A stretch of 64,000 nt of DNA from a virus (lineage: Duplodnaviria > Caudoviricetes). The notes below the pieces were generated by a model, which was given only the letters and a program-made list of their open reading frames with translations, had not been told where the DNA came from and did not search any database. The stretch covers positions 43,197 to 107,196 of the IMG/VR virus record IMGVR_UViG_3300032244_000223; one strand, written 5' to 3'. Within the stretch, counting starts at the first letter, position 1, and each line of letters opens with the position of its first letter. Both the position numbers and the translations under genes were made by a program. Positions 20,832 to 30,687 of the stretch are shown here, piece by piece.

Positions 20832-21142
20832 AGCATGCCCCCAGCCAGGTCCGAGGACAGGAAGTCGTCCTCTTCGATGACAACGTACCGACGACCGCCG
20901 AGTTCGATGTGCATGACGGGGAGACGCCCCTCCAAGGAGGCATTCTTCCGCAGGTCCCGCAGGTCGGTGGCCTTGATGGTGATGCTCCTGGCGTCGGTCC
21001 TCTTCATCTCCCACAGCACCTCGTTCCGCTGGCGTACGTCGTTCTTCCTGTTGCCGTTGCCCGACCCAGCGTTCTGCGTCCCCCCGACCTTGCGGGCGAT
21101 GCGCCGCTCCTGGGCACGGGACTTGAGGATGCGTTCATCCAT
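20828..21142 (-). CDS. second resolvase-like PD-(D/E)XK nuclease
   Basis: SRAQERRIA...GSG...KNDV...LWEMKRT. Confidence 0.75.
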   Translation of the reverse strand: MDERILKSRAQERRIARKVGGTQNAGSGNGNRKNDVRQRNEVLWEMKRTDARSITIKATDLRDLRKNASLEGRLPVMHIELGGRRYVVIEEDDFLSSDLAGGML

Positions 21143-22160
21143 CGCTGTGATCCACGGTGGGCAGAAGCAGTGCCCTTACCTGGGTATCGACCGCACGCTG
21201 GAGGTCCAAGTCTTGTCGCAGCGCATCCAAGAACTCTTCCTTGCCCCGCCACTGGTGGCCGTCGAACCGGTAGAAGGCACCACGCCGCTCCACCACGTCC
21301 AGGCTGATGGCGATGTTCGACACCTCCTTGACGGTGTCGTAGTCACCTTGGTGGAAGGGGCTGGCGTCAGCGAAGTAGAAGTCGACCAAGCCGGTGCGGT
21401 GGGGCGGGGCCGTCTTGTTCTTGACGGTCTTGGCCTTGATGGCCATGCCCACCTTCGCAGTGCCCCGCTCCAACCAGTCGTCCTTGACCACTTCCACCCT
21501 GGTGAAGTACGAGAAGTTCTTGGCCTTGCCGCCAGGGGTGGTGCGGGGGTCGCCGTACATGACGCCGATCTTCTCCCGCCACTGGTTGATGATGATGCCC
21601 AGGCAGTCCCGGTCCTCTTCCTTGAGGTCACGCATCTGCGCCTTGTTGGACTTCCGCATGAACTGACCGGTGAGGCGGGCACCGAGGCCCACGCTCATCT
21701 CCATCATCGTCTTCTCGTCCTCCACCGTGGGGATGAGGGCGGGGTAGGAGTCGATCACCACGGCATCGCAGGCCCGGTCGTCCAGGGCGGTGACGACCAG
21801 TTGATACGCCTCTTCCATGACCTTGGTGTTGGCCACGGCGATGCGAGTCAGGTCGACGCCCAGTGCCTCGGCCCAGTCGGGGACGAAGTCCTCGGCAGCG
21901 ATCCACAGCGTCTCATGGGTCGGGTTGAGGGCCTGCGCTGCGGCGATGGTCTTGAGGACCATCGTCGTCTTGCCGTTGCTCTCGTTGCCGATCACCTCGT
22001 TCCAGCAGTTGAGCGGCCAGCCGCCGCCCAACATGAGGTCGAAGGCCAGGCTCCCCGAGGTGATGCGGGGAATGGCACCACGCAGTTCGGAGCCACGCAC
22101 GATGAGTGCGCCACCGGCCTTCTTGTTGGTCTTGGCGATGAGGTCATCTAGGGCTGTCAC
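21135..22160 (-). CDS. recA: RecA/UvsX-like recombinase
   Basis: GNESNGKT Walker A, VVIDS, INQWREKIGVMYGDPRTTPGG, VKNKTAPP. Confidence 0.95.
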   Translation of the reverse strand: MTALDDLIAKTNKKAGGALIVRGSELRGAIPRITSGSLAFDLMLGGGWPLNCWNEVIGNESNGKTTMVLKTIAAAQALNPTHETLWIAAEDFVPDWAEALGVDLTRIAVANTKVMEEAYQLVVTALDDRACDAVVIDSYPALIPTVEDEKTMMEMSVGLGARLTGQFMRKSNKAQMRDLKEEDRDCLGIIINQWREKIGVMYGDPRTTPGGKAKNFSYFTRVEVVKDDWLERGTAKVGMAIKAKTVKNKTAPPHRTGLVDFYFADASPFHQGDYDTVKEVSNIAISLDVVERRGAFYRFDGHQWRGKEEFLDALRQDLDLQRAVDTQVRALLLPTVDHSDG

Positions 22161-22476
22161 TGCACTGTCTCCAGTAAATGTGGTACACGAAGGGGACTAC
22201 CCCCCGAACCGATGTGATGGGTGTTCCGCTGACCGACAGGTGCGTCTGGTCCACGACGAAGGGGCTGGTGATGGCGGTGGCGAGGAATCGAAACCCATCG
22301 GGAACCTGCCCGAAGTGGGGGACGATGGACACCTCCGACGAGCGGTGAGACGTCTCATAGAACACCTCCACGCAGTTGGTCGCCGGGTTTACGGCGGCAC
22401 TGACGGGGCGACCCTGGATGCGGTGGGGGCTGGTGCTGCCGAGGTTGAGCACCTGAGTGGAGACGGTGCGGCTCAC
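22144..22476 (-). CDS. hypothetical protein
   Basis: Fills the gap; beta-rich, ending VYHIY. Confidence 0.5.
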   Translation of the reverse strand: MSRTVSTQVLNLGSTSPHRIQGRPVSAAVNPATNCVEVFYETSHRSSEVSIVPHFGQVPDGFRFLATAITSPFVVDQTHLSVSGTPITSVRGVVPFVYHIYWRQCSDSPR

Positions 22477-22865
22477 ATCGCCCCCCACGTGGCGGGGTCA
22501 CCCTGGTCGAACAGACCGTTGAACCCGCAGTCGAAGCAGTGCGGAGCCGGGGCGGGGCCACGGCTGACGGTCTTCGCCCTGCTGTAGTAGCGGGGACTGC
22601 CGCACTCGGGACACCCACCGGGGTCGCTCTTCATGGCGGGACCACCGCGCCACATCGCCGCCATCTGCATGAAGTTGTTGTGGTTGACCGAACCGGGCGG
22701 CGGGGTCTGCGGGGGCATCTGGTGCTGCCCCGGCGTGGGCTGAGGCTGCACGAACTGCTGCGGGGCGTACTGCGGAGGGGGAGGCGTCCAGGGCTGGCGA
22801 GCCTGGGGCTGCTGCTGAGGGGCCTGCTGCTGGCCCAGTCGACGGGCGTACCAGTCATTGCTCAT
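22473..22865 (-). CDS. Q/P-rich protein with C-terminal zinc ribbon
   Basis: CPECGS...CFDCG. Confidence 0.75.
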   Translation of the reverse strand: MSNDWYARRLGQQQAPQQQPQARQPWTPPPPQYAPQQFVQPQPTPGQHQMPPQTPPPGSVNHNNFMQMAAMWRGGPAMKSDPGGCPECGSPRYYSRAKTVSRGPAPAPHCFDCGFNGLFDQGDPATWGAM

Positions 22866-22877
22866 TGTGTGCTCCGA

Positions 22878-24896
22878 TCACTTCGCCTCTGCCCATGTGT
22901 AGCCCCTGTTCGCTGACGCCACCAGCGGCACGTCACCAAGAATAGGCACCCCTGCCAGAGAAACGGAACCCATGATCCGTTCCACCGTCTCCTGCACCTC
23001 ATCGGCACGTTCCTCGGCGCACATCACCACGATTTCGTCATGGACGGTGACCAGCATCTGCGCCCCGAAGGCTGGTAGGGCACGGTCCAATTCGATGAGG
23101 GCCAACTTCATCACGCAAGAGGCAAAGCCCTGGACGACAGCGTTGACAGCCTGCCGCTCTCCCCGGTACCGCTCGTACTCGTTGATGGAGAGGAGGTCGG
23201 GCAGGCGGCGTCGGCGGTTGAAGGGGGGAATCGAAGCGTAAGCCGGGTATCGGAACGGGTCGTTGCGCTTGCCCAACTTCTTGGCGTCTTCCACGATCCC
23301 CTCCTTCCACGCTGCGAGGTGGGGGAACTGCTGGTAGTACCGCTTGATGAACAGTTCGGCGGTGGGGATGTCCACGCCAGCGGTGCGGGCCAACTTGGGT
23401 GCGCCGCCGCCGTAGAGGGTGAGGAAGTTCTGCCCCTTGCCTGCCTGACGCTGGTCCTTGGTGACCTCGTCCATCGGCACGGTGTACATGGCGGCGGCAG
23501 CGGCACGGTGAATGTCCTGGCCCTGCTTGAACACGTCCATCATCGACACGTCACCGGAGAGGTACGCAGCACAGCGCAGTTCGATCTGGTCGTAGTCGGC
23601 GTCGATGAGGATGTGGCCGGGGAGCGGCACGAACATCTCTCGGATGATGGCCCCGTCACCACGTGCCGGAATCTGCTGGAGGTTCGGCTCATGGGCTGAG
23701 AGGCGACCTGTGACGGTGCCGTGCTGCTTGAACGAGGTGTGGATGCGCCCATTGATGAGGTGCTTGCCCAGCCCTTCGATGAACGTGCCACGCAACTTCT
23801 CCAAGGCCGACCACTCCAAGAACAGCATGGCCAGCCGGTTCCCACGCTCGGCGTAGTACTCCAAGGTGGCCTTGTTCAACTGAGCGGTGTGCGTCTTCTC
23901 GGTGTAGGACCGGGGGGCCAGCCCCTGACCGCCCTGCTTCTTCGGCTTGAAGAGCAGATCACGCTTGATGTTGAGGTTGGTGAGTTCGAACTGATACCCC
24001 GCTATCGACCAGGCTTCGCCCTCAATCCCTCGGATTTCTTCGACCATCTCGGCCCCCACCGTCTTGAGGCGGGCGAGGTCCACGGGGAAACCATTGCGCT
24101 CCATGTTCATGAGCACGCCGTACAACCCCATCTCCAGGTCGTAGGCGGCGGTGAGGTCTTGCTTGGCCAGGCGGGGGAACTGGTTGCACCAGTACAGCCA
24201 GGTGTAGCGGATGTCCTTGGCCAGGTACCGGGCCACAGCGTCGATGGGTTCGACCTCCACACCCGACTTGCCCAGGTTGGGGTAGAAGGTCTTGCGCTTC
24301 ACCTGCGGCACGTCCAGCCAGTCCATCACGACCTCCTTGAGGCCGTAGGTCATGCGGTTCTCATCCAGCAGGTGGGTGACCACGATGGTGTCGTGGTACG
24401 GACCGGGCGGGATGCGCCCGCCGTAGTACTTGCTCACCGACATGAGGTCGAACTTGGTGTTCTGCCCGATCTTGTGCCGGTCGCTGAACAGCAGCCGCTC
24501 CAACTCACCGAACACCACGTCGGGAGGCAACTGCTCGGGCCTGGGCGTGTAGGTGGTCGGGACGCGGTACCGCTTCTTGGCCTTGCTGAGGGCACCGCTG
24601 GTCAGCACCTTGCGCTCTTCCTCGGGGGGAAGGCGCATCTCGTAGTGCTCGGGCACGTCCACGAACCCCAGCGGATGGTTGATGGGGATGAGGTGTACGC
24701 AGCCCCTGCTCCCGAGGCCGACCCACAACACCTCATTGGTGTGCGGGTTGCCGAAGGTCGTCTCCACGTCGATGACGAAGTGGGTGTGGGACAGCAGTTC
24801 ATCGACCGCTGCCCGAAGTTCCTCCACCGTGGTGATGAGATGGGGAACTGCCCGGTGGCGAACCACCGGGCTGTCTGTTACCCCTGTTTCGGACAC
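22878..24896 (-). CDS. polA: family A DNA polymerase (3'-5' exonuclease plus polymerase)
   Basis: IDVET, NTKFD, TVTGRLS..PNLQQIP, DYDQIELR, KGQNFLTLYG, VHDEI. Confidence 0.95.
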   Translation of the reverse strand: MSETGVTDSPVVRHRAVPHLITTVEELRAAVDELLSHTHFVIDVETTFGNPHTNEVLWVGLGSRGCVHLIPINHPLGFVDVPEHYEMRLPPEEERKVLTSGALSKAKKRYRVPTTYTPRPEQLPPDVVFGELERLLFSDRHKIGQNTKFDLMSVSKYYGGRIPPGPYHDTIVVTHLLDENRMTYGLKEVVMDWLDVPQVKRKTFYPNLGKSGVEVEPIDAVARYLAKDIRYTWLYWCNQFPRLAKQDLTAAYDLEMGLYGVLMNMERNGFPVDLARLKTVGAEMVEEIRGIEGEAWSIAGYQFELTNLNIKRDLLFKPKKQGGQGLAPRSYTEKTHTAQLNKATLEYYAERGNRLAMLFLEWSALEKLRGTFIEGLGKHLINGRIHTSFKQHGTVTGRLSAHEPNLQQIPARGDGAIIREMFVPLPGHILIDADYDQIELRCAAYLSGDVSMMDVFKQGQDIHRAAAAAMYTVPMDEVTKDQRQAGKGQNFLTLYGGGAPKLARTAGVDIPTAELFIKRYYQQFPHLAAWKEGIVEDAKKLGKRNDPFRYPAYASIPPFNRRRRLPDLLSINEYERYRGERQAVNAVVQGFASCVMKLALIELDRALPAFGAQMLVTVHDEIVVMCAEERADEVQETVERIMGSVSLAGVPILGDVPLVASANRGYTWAEAK

Positions 24897-24897
24897 G

Positions 24898-25644
24898 TCA
24901 GTCGTAGTCCGACGCCAGTTCCGCAGCGATTTCTTCCAGTTCGCCCTTCTTCGGGAACTTGACCACGTCGGGGGCGTAGACGCCGATGGCCTCCAGTTCC
25001 TTCGGGTTGGGCGGGGTCACGTTGTAGTCCTCCAGCAACTGGGAGGGCTTGACCGGGATGACGTTGGTCTGCGTGGTGCCGCCCTTACCTGCGCCCTTAC
25101 CGGACGAGGTCACGGACACCCCGAAGTAGCCCTTGGTCAGCGGGCCGATCTTCGGGTCTTCGGCGTACCCGGCCAGCACGTTGAACAACTTGACGCCGAG
25201 GTCCCACGTCTTGAGCATGGGCACACCGTCATCACCGATGAGGGCCACGTTGAACGAGGACACCGCCTGGGGCTTGTCGCCCACGTCGCAGATCGGGCAG
25301 GGCTTGCCCACGGTCTGCGGGCACACGTACGGACGCTTCACGATGCCGTTGGCACCGTTGCGTTCGATCCAGTGGCGGCGGAAGTTCACGTACGGAGCAT
25401 CCTCCAAGAACTTGACGATCTGGATGTGGGCGTCGGGCTTGAACGCCTGGGCGTAGTCGCTGGTGGCCTCGGCCTGCTGCTTGCCTGCCGTCCAGCCGCC
25501 ACGGAGGGCGGGGGTGGGCATGGCGTCATCGTCATCATCTTCCACCTCGGGACGAGGGGCGGGACGCCGGGAAGCGGCGGGGGCCTCTGCCTCATCCTCT
25601 TCGGCGGGGCGGGGACGGGCGGGGCGACGGGTGATACCGGTCAT
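24898..25644 (-). CDS. single-stranded DNA-binding protein (gp32-like)
   Basis: IVKFLED, HW, C...CPIC zinc site, acidic C-terminus; adjacent to polA. Confidence 0.7.
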   Translation of the reverse strand: MTGITRRPARPRPAEEDEAEAPAASRRPAPRPEVEDDDDDAMPTPALRGGWTAGKQQAEATSDYAQAFKPDAHIQIVKFLEDAPYVNFRRHWIERNGANGIVKRPYVCPQTVGKPCPICDVGDKPQAVSSFNVALIGDDGVPMLKTWDLGVKLFNVLAGYAEDPKIGPLTKGYFGVSVTSSGKGAGKGGTTQTNVIPVKPSQLLEDYNVTPPNPKELEAIGVYAPDVVKFPKKGELEEIAAELASDYD

Positions 25645-25669
25645 GTCTCTCTTCTCTCTGGTTCAGTGT

Positions 25670-26119
25670 CTAGGGCTGTTGCTGGGTTTGGAACAGTTCG
25701 TTGAACAGGACTCTGACCCGTGCGGCGAACCTCGGGGTCGGCGGCTTCTTGTTGAGGATCACGCCCTCTTCGGAAGCGATGCGGAGGATACCTTCGATCT
25801 GTTCCCGAGTCCAGAGCCTCTTGCCCTTGGTGAGGTGCTCTGGCTGGTTGGCACGACGCTGGTTAGGCGACCGATACCGGGATTTCGGAAGCAACTGCGT
25901 GTTCTCCCACGCTCGGATGCTTTGGACGCTGTACCCGAGGGCCTTGGCGAGGTGGCCGATGGAGAAGAACTCGCGCTCTTCCCCACCGACCATGTACTTG
26001 AGCGGCTTCGCCGCCCAGTCCACTGCCTCATTCTGCACCTTGGGTGTGACACGGTTGACCGGCTGACGGCGACCGGGGTAGTCCAGGGAGTCGAACTTGG
26101 ACAGCCAGTCGTCGGTCAC
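25670..26119 (-). CDS. MerR-like HTH DNA-binding protein
   Basis: FSIGHLAKALGYSVQSIRAWE...LLP...RLWTREQI. Confidence 0.8.
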   Translation of the reverse strand: MTDDWLSKFDSLDYPGRRQPVNRVTPKVQNEAVDWAAKPLKYMVGGEEREFFSIGHLAKALGYSVQSIRAWENTQLLPKSRYRSPNQRRANQPEHLTKGKRLWTREQIEGILRIASEEGVILNKKPPTPRFAARVRVLFNELFQTQQQP

Positions 26120-26607
26120 TTGCTCAACGCCTCCAGCAGAGCCTCGCACGCCTTGCGGAAGTCGTGGAGCGGACCGAGGTGCGTCACCGGCATCTTGTCC
26201 AGTTCGGCGTAGATGACCTGGACGTTGAAGTCGAACAGGTCGTCGGCAGTCATACCGGGGTCGAACTTCTTGACGGCCTTGGGCTTGGGCTGGTCTGCCG
26301 GGTACACGACCACGTTGGGCACCGCCTTCTTCTTCGCCTTGGCCTTGGGCTTGCGGCTGCGGGGACCGTGGGGGATGAGGCCGAGGTAGCGACCGCGGTT
26401 CACCATGTTCTTCACGGCCACGACGGTGACGACTCGGTCCTGCCGCTCGCTGAGGAACTCGGCCACGTGGCCGTAGACCTTCTCCATCGGCAGGCCCTCG
26501 TACTGGGCCATGAACTCGGCCACGGCCACGAAGTCCTGCTCGGTGTACCGAACGGTGGGGTTGGAGTTGGAAGGCATCGAAGGCTCCACCAGTGCGAGGG
26601 CGTTCAC
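26116..26607 (-). CDS. hypothetical protein, possibly DNA-binding
   Basis: Basic K-rich linker; ORF coupled to neighbours. Confidence 0.65.
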   Translation of the reverse strand: MNALALVEPSMPSNSNPTVRYTEQDFVAVAEFMAQYEGLPMEKVYGHVAEFLSERQDRVVTVVAVKNMVNRGRYLGLIPHGPRSRKPKAKAKKKAVPNVVVYPADQPKPKAVKKFDPGMTADDLFDFNVQVIYAELDKMPVTHLGPLHDFRKACEALLEALSK

Positions 26608-26939
26608 TTCTTACCCCGCTTTGCCTTCATCGCCGCCAGCCGGTTGGCCAGCAACTGCACTCGGAACTCCGCACGCTTCGGACGGGTGTCGCCCTTGGCC
26701 ATGAGGTAGCCCTCGGGGTACTGGTAGCGGCGGCTCCGCAGTGCGCCGTACTCGCCCACCACGTCCAGGCGTCGCATGGAGCAGCGAGGGCAGGCCGTGA
26801 CCAGCAGGTCATAGTCGTTGCCGCTCCAGAGCAGGTCGAAGTCGTCCTGCTCGGCGTCGGTCGGGTCCACGTCGTCCCAGGCGTGACCGAACGTACGGCA
26901 ACGCACAAAGGTCGGGGGCATCTTGGTCAGGTCGGTCAT
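26604..26939 (-). CDS. hypothetical zinc-binding phage protein
   Basis: CRTFGHAW...CPRC...Y.YPEGY. Confidence 0.7.
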   Translation of the reverse strand: MTDLTKMPPTFVRCRTFGHAWDDVDPTDAEQDDFDLLWSGNDYDLLVTACPRCSMRRLDVVGEYGALRSRRYQYPEGYLMAKGDTRPKRAEFRVQLLANRLAAMKAKRGKK

Positions 26940-26961
26940 GTCACTTGTCTCCTGTTCAGGG

Positions 26962-27429
26962 TCACTCGTCGTCGGCGTCGTCTTCGTCATCGTCGCCCTC
27001 TTCCAGAACCAGGGCGAACGACTCCTTCTCGGTGTAGAAGTCCTTGAAGACAGCGTCAGGGATGGCACCCGAGAAGTTCAGCCCGACCAGGGCGTCCTCG
27101 TTGAGGTAGGTCACCGTCTCGGTGACCATCACCTCTTGGAGCATGCCGTTGTCGGTCAGCCACTGCTTGGCCCGGTCAGCGTCCAACGCCATGCTCACAC
27201 GGCGTTGCCGCTTGAAGCCGACGATGGTCTTCTTCCCGATCCGCAGCCGCTCACTGGGGAGCGTGCGGTGGCCTTCCGGCGTCTCTTCCCCCATCTCGGA
27301 CAGGTAGGCCAGGATGTTCTTCTTGGCCTCGCCTTCCAGCGATTCGCCCTTCTCCCGCATGGTGCGGAACTGGGCGTACGTGTGGGTCATGGTGTCCCAT
27401 GACGGTCGGGGACTGATCTGTCGTGCCAT
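26962..27429 (-). CDS. hypothetical protein with acidic tail
   Basis: ATG at 27429 just downstream of a consensus promoter. Confidence 0.7.
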   Translation of the reverse strand: MARQISPRPSWDTMTHTYAQFRTMREKGESLEGEAKKNILAYLSEMGEETPEGHRTLPSERLRIGKKTIVGFKRQRRVSMALDADRAKQWLTDNGMLQEVMVTETVTYLNEDALVGLNFSGAIPDAVFKDFYTEKESFALVLEEGDDDEDDADDE

Positions 27430-27437
27430 CGGACGCA

Positions 27438-27466
27438 AAGGTACTGTCCCTTTGACTCCGTGTCAA
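27438..27466 (-). promoter_or_regulatory. sigma70/SigA-type promoter
   Basis: TTGACA (27466-27461), 17-nt spacer, TACCTT (27443-27438). Confidence 0.75.
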
Positions 27467-27541
27467 CTACTTCCTAGCAACTCAGGAAACTTTCATTTGC
27501 GCTCGTTTGATCGACGTGTTCGCATGTGGCAAGAACTCGGG

Positions 27542-27565
27542 CCATACCAAGGTATGGGATACGCT
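27542..27565 (+). promoter_or_regulatory. dps -10 element with upstream palindrome
   Basis: CCATACC-AA-GGTATGG at 27542-27557; TACGCT at 27560-27565, 6 nt before the ATG. Confidence 0.55.
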
Positions 27566-27571
27566 GGGAGC

Positions 27572-28006
27572 ATGGCCCTCAAGAAGTCGCTGAACACCCT
27601 CCTGGCCGACGTGGTGACCATGTACTTCGTGGCCCACGGGTACCACTGGAACGTGGAGGGCCAGGACTTCTCGCAGTACCACTCCCTGTTCGGGGACATC
27701 TACGGCGACGTGTACGGCAGCGTCGACCTCATCGCAGAGAACCTGCGGAAGATGGGCGAGTACGCACCGTTCAACCTCCAGACCTTCATCGACAACCGTT
27801 CGGTGGCGTTCCCCACGACGAAGAAGGAACCCCAGGCCATGGCCAGGGCGTTGCTCAAGTTGAACGAGGGTGTGCTGGAGACGCTGAACACGGCGTTCGA
27901 TGAGGCCACTGCGGAGAAGCAGCAGGGCATCGCCAACTTCCTGGCCGACCGCATCGACAGCCATCAGAAGTGGTCGTGGTTCCTCACGGCCAGCACCAAG
28001 GGCTAG
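27572..28006 (+). CDS. dps: Dps / DNA starvation protection mini-ferritin
   Basis: HGYHWNVEG.DFSQYHSLF..IY......D.IAE...H.KW.W.L ferroxidase signature. Confidence 0.92.
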   Translation: MALKKSLNTLLADVVTMYFVAHGYHWNVEGQDFSQYHSLFGDIYGDVYGSVDLIAENLRKMGEYAPFNLQTFIDNRSVAFPTTKKEPQAMARALLKLNEGVLETLNTAFDEATAEKQQGIANFLADRIDSHQKWSWFLTASTKG

Positions 28007-29553
28007 CCCTCCAGCAAGAACTGCTTGAGGGACTGGAAGTCCAACGGCAAGGACCCTGACTCCAGGTCGTACTTGCCGTCCAAGAACGCACCGGCCACCA
28101 TCAACTTGTCCTTGAGCATCCGCAGCATCCGCTCTTCGATGGTGTCCTGGCCGAAGAGGTAGGTCAGCGTGATGTTGGTGAACGACGAGGACGTGCGGTC
28201 GATGCGAGCGACCCGCTGGGAGAGCACGCCTGCCGACCACGGCAGGTCGTAGTTGATGAGGTGGGACCCTCGGTTGAGGTCCACGCCGTAGGCCCCTGCA
28301 TCGGACGACAGGAACACCCGGCAGTTGGGGTTCTCGTTGAACAGCCGAATGCGCTTGTCACGGTCGCTCGATGCAACGTCCCCGGTGATCTTGGTGTGCC
28401 CGATACCCCGCTTTGCCAATGCCGCTTCGATGATCTGCAACATCGGTTTGAAGAACGAGAACACGACCACCTTGTTGAGCGGGTCCTCCGACACGATCTC
28501 TTCGATCATCTCCATGAGGGCGTCCATCTTGGGGGAGGTGGTCCCCAGCCCATCCAACGCACCGGAGAGTCGCAACTGTGACGCGTACTTACTGCCGCTC
28601 TTGGTGGTTTCGTCATCGAAGTCGTTGGCAGATGCCAACAGCAGGGCCGGGTGGCTGGCCAGCATCCGCATGGCGAGCAGGCGAGCCATCACCTCGCCCT
28701 TGAGGGTGGGGTCCTGGGTCATCCCCTTGCCGTAGTGGGCGGCGATGTCGAAGCCACCGCCCGAAGCCACCGCCCGGTCCAGGGCGTCCAGCAGGTCGGC
28801 CTTGATGAGGTCGTGCAACTTCATGATGGAGTTGTCCAGAGGGACCGGAACCTCCATGGAGTTGACCACCGGCAACCACTCTGCAATGTCCGCACGGCTC
28901 TTGCGGAACATGGCGGGCTTGAGAGCGTCGTGCAGCAGGTGGAGGTTGCGGTACTTCTTCGGTCGGCCCCAGTGGTCCCGGTCGATGAAGGTGCGGTCGA
29001 ACTTGCGGAAGTCACCCAGCACCTCGGGGTCCACGAACTCCATGATGCTGAACAGTTCCTCGGGGCGGTTCTCCACCGGCTGGCCCGACAGGGCGAAACG
29101 GTGGTTACATCGCTTGGCCAGGGCCTTCACCTTCTTGCTGCGCTTGGCGGTGAAACTCTTGATGGCCGTGGCCTCGTCAGCGATGATGAAGTCCAGGGGC
29201 ACCAACTTGGTGAACGTCTCCCAGTCGTTGACCACGCACTCGTAGTTGGCGATGACGTAGTGGAACCGCTTGGCGTGCCGGTACTGCGTGGCCCGCTGGG
29301 CCTTGGACCCGTCGATGACGATGGACCGGGCCGTGGGGTCGACCTTGCGGAGTTCACGCTGCCACTGAAACTTGAGGCTGTTGGGAGCGAGGATCAGCCC
29401 GCTGACCACCTTCTTCTGACGGCGCAGTTCGACCACCGTGCCGATAGACGTGGCGGTCTTGCCCGACCCCATGGTCATGGCCAGCAACTGGTTGCCCCGC
29501 TCCACGCTCTTGGCGATGCCCTCCACCTGATAGGGGCGGTACTCAAACGACAC
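28003..29553 (-). CDS. SNF2-family helicase
   Basis: MGSGKT, IADEA, LSGQP.EN, VVVFS, GAYGVDL, QRVARIDR. Confidence 0.92.
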   Translation of the reverse strand: MSFEYRPYQVEGIAKSVERGNQLLAMTMGSGKTATSIGTVVELRRQKKVVSGLILAPNSLKFQWQRELRKVDPTARSIVIDGSKAQRATQYRHAKRFHYVIANYECVVNDWETFTKLVPLDFIIADEATAIKSFTAKRSKKVKALAKRCNHRFALSGQPVENRPEELFSIMEFVDPEVLGDFRKFDRTFIDRDHWGRPKKYRNLHLLHDALKPAMFRKSRADIAEWLPVVNSMEVPVPLDNSIMKLHDLIKADLLDALDRAVASGGGFDIAAHYGKGMTQDPTLKGEVMARLLAMRMLASHPALLLASANDFDDETTKSGSKYASQLRLSGALDGLGTTSPKMDALMEMIEEIVSEDPLNKVVVFSFFKPMLQIIEAALAKRGIGHTKITGDVASSDRDKRIRLFNENPNCRVFLSSDAGAYGVDLNRGSHLINYDLPWSAGVLSQRVARIDRTSSSFTNITLTYLFGQDTIEERMLRMLKDKLMVAGAFLDGKYDLESGSLPLDFQSLKQFLLEG

Positions 29554-29749
29554 GAAGCAACTCCATTCCATGAGGAATCTTCCGTGCCACCTTCACCAGG
29601 GAAGCGTGCGACACCCCGGCGTTCTCGCAGAACTCCAAGATGACTACCCCTATCTGAGCGGCGCAGAGGTCCATGCAGTCGTCGGACTCGGCCAACTTCT
29701 CAGCCAGGGCAAACCGCCTACCGGTGCGAGTTTCGCTGTAGCGGGTCAC
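29543..29749 (-). CDS. hypothetical protein
   Basis: GTG coupled to the primase stop. Confidence 0.5.
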   Translation of the reverse strand: MTRYSETRTGRRFALAEKLAESDDCMDLCAAQIGVVILEFCENAGVSHASLVKVARKIPHGMELLRVV

Positions 29750-30687
29750 GTGCGAACCTTCTTCGGGGGCGGGGCGATGAGTCGGGGGTTGGTGAGGGAC
29801 CACTGCCAGTTGGCGAGGAGCATGCTGTCGTCTTCGACATCACCGGGGTCCTTGGCGTCCAAACCCCGGTATGAGAAGGGGATCGGCACGCATCGACGCC
29901 GCCGGAGAGCCTCTGCCGTGTGGGCGGTGGCCTCCTTACCTGCCTTATCGTTGTCCAGCATCATCACCACGGAGGTGAAGTTGCGTGCGAGCAACTCAAC
30001 TTGTGTGGGCGACACCCACGCACCGAAGGACGACACGGCGGGGATGCCCAGGCCGAACAGGCGCACGGCATCCAGCGGCGACTCCACCAGTGCGACCCGG
30101 TTGTACTGGCGCATCTCGGAGAAGCCGAACAGGGTGACGCTCTTCTCCAAGCCCTCGGGGAGGTTGAGGACGTTCCCCTTCTGGCGGTACTGGGCACCCA
30201 GGAGCACGCCGTTCGGGTCACGGATCGGCAGCACCCAGGACTTGGTGGTCTTGTCCCAGCGCACGCCGTAAGCGTCGACAGCCTCCCGGCGAAGGTGGCG
30301 CAGTTCCAGCAACCGGTCAGGCATGTCGGTGAGGGTGTGGGTCAGTTCCCACTCGGTGGCGGCACGACGTTCGGGGGCCTTCGCCTCAGCACGCTCGGCC
30401 AACTTCCGCATGTTGGTGCCGACCGTGGCTTCCCTAACCATCGTTTCGATGTCGTCCGGTGCATACCCCTGGAGATCGGTAAGCAGCATCGACAGCGTGC
30501 CCGAGTAGCCGCAGGAGAAGCAGTGGTGGACGAACGTGTGGCGGTTCATCGACCAGGAAGCGTGGGCGTCAGCGCGTCCGACACGCTCCTTGTGCATCGG
30601 GCACGACCCGGTGATTTCCTTCTGCCCCTCACGGATGTTGCGGACACCGGCCTGGGCGAGGATGGAGGCCACGTCAAGGGTTGCCAA
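29746..30687 (-). CDS. dnaG: DNA primase (CHC2 zinc finger plus TOPRIM)
   Basis: CPMH...CFSC, LVESPLD, LDNDKAG, KDPGD. Confidence 0.9.
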   Translation of the reverse strand: MATLDVASILAQAGVRNIREGQKEITGSCPMHKERVGRADAHASWSMNRHTFVHHCFSCGYSGTLSMLLTDLQGYAPDDIETMVREATVGTNMRKLAERAEAKAPERRAATEWELTHTLTDMPDRLLELRHLRREAVDAYGVRWDKTTKSWVLPIRDPNGVLLGAQYRQKGNVLNLPEGLEKSVTLFGFSEMRQYNRVALVESPLDAVRLFGLGIPAVSSFGAWVSPTQVELLARNFTSVVMMLDNDKAGKEATAHTAEALRRRRCVPIPFSYRGLDAKDPGDVEDDSMLLANWQWSLTNPRLIAPPPKKVRT

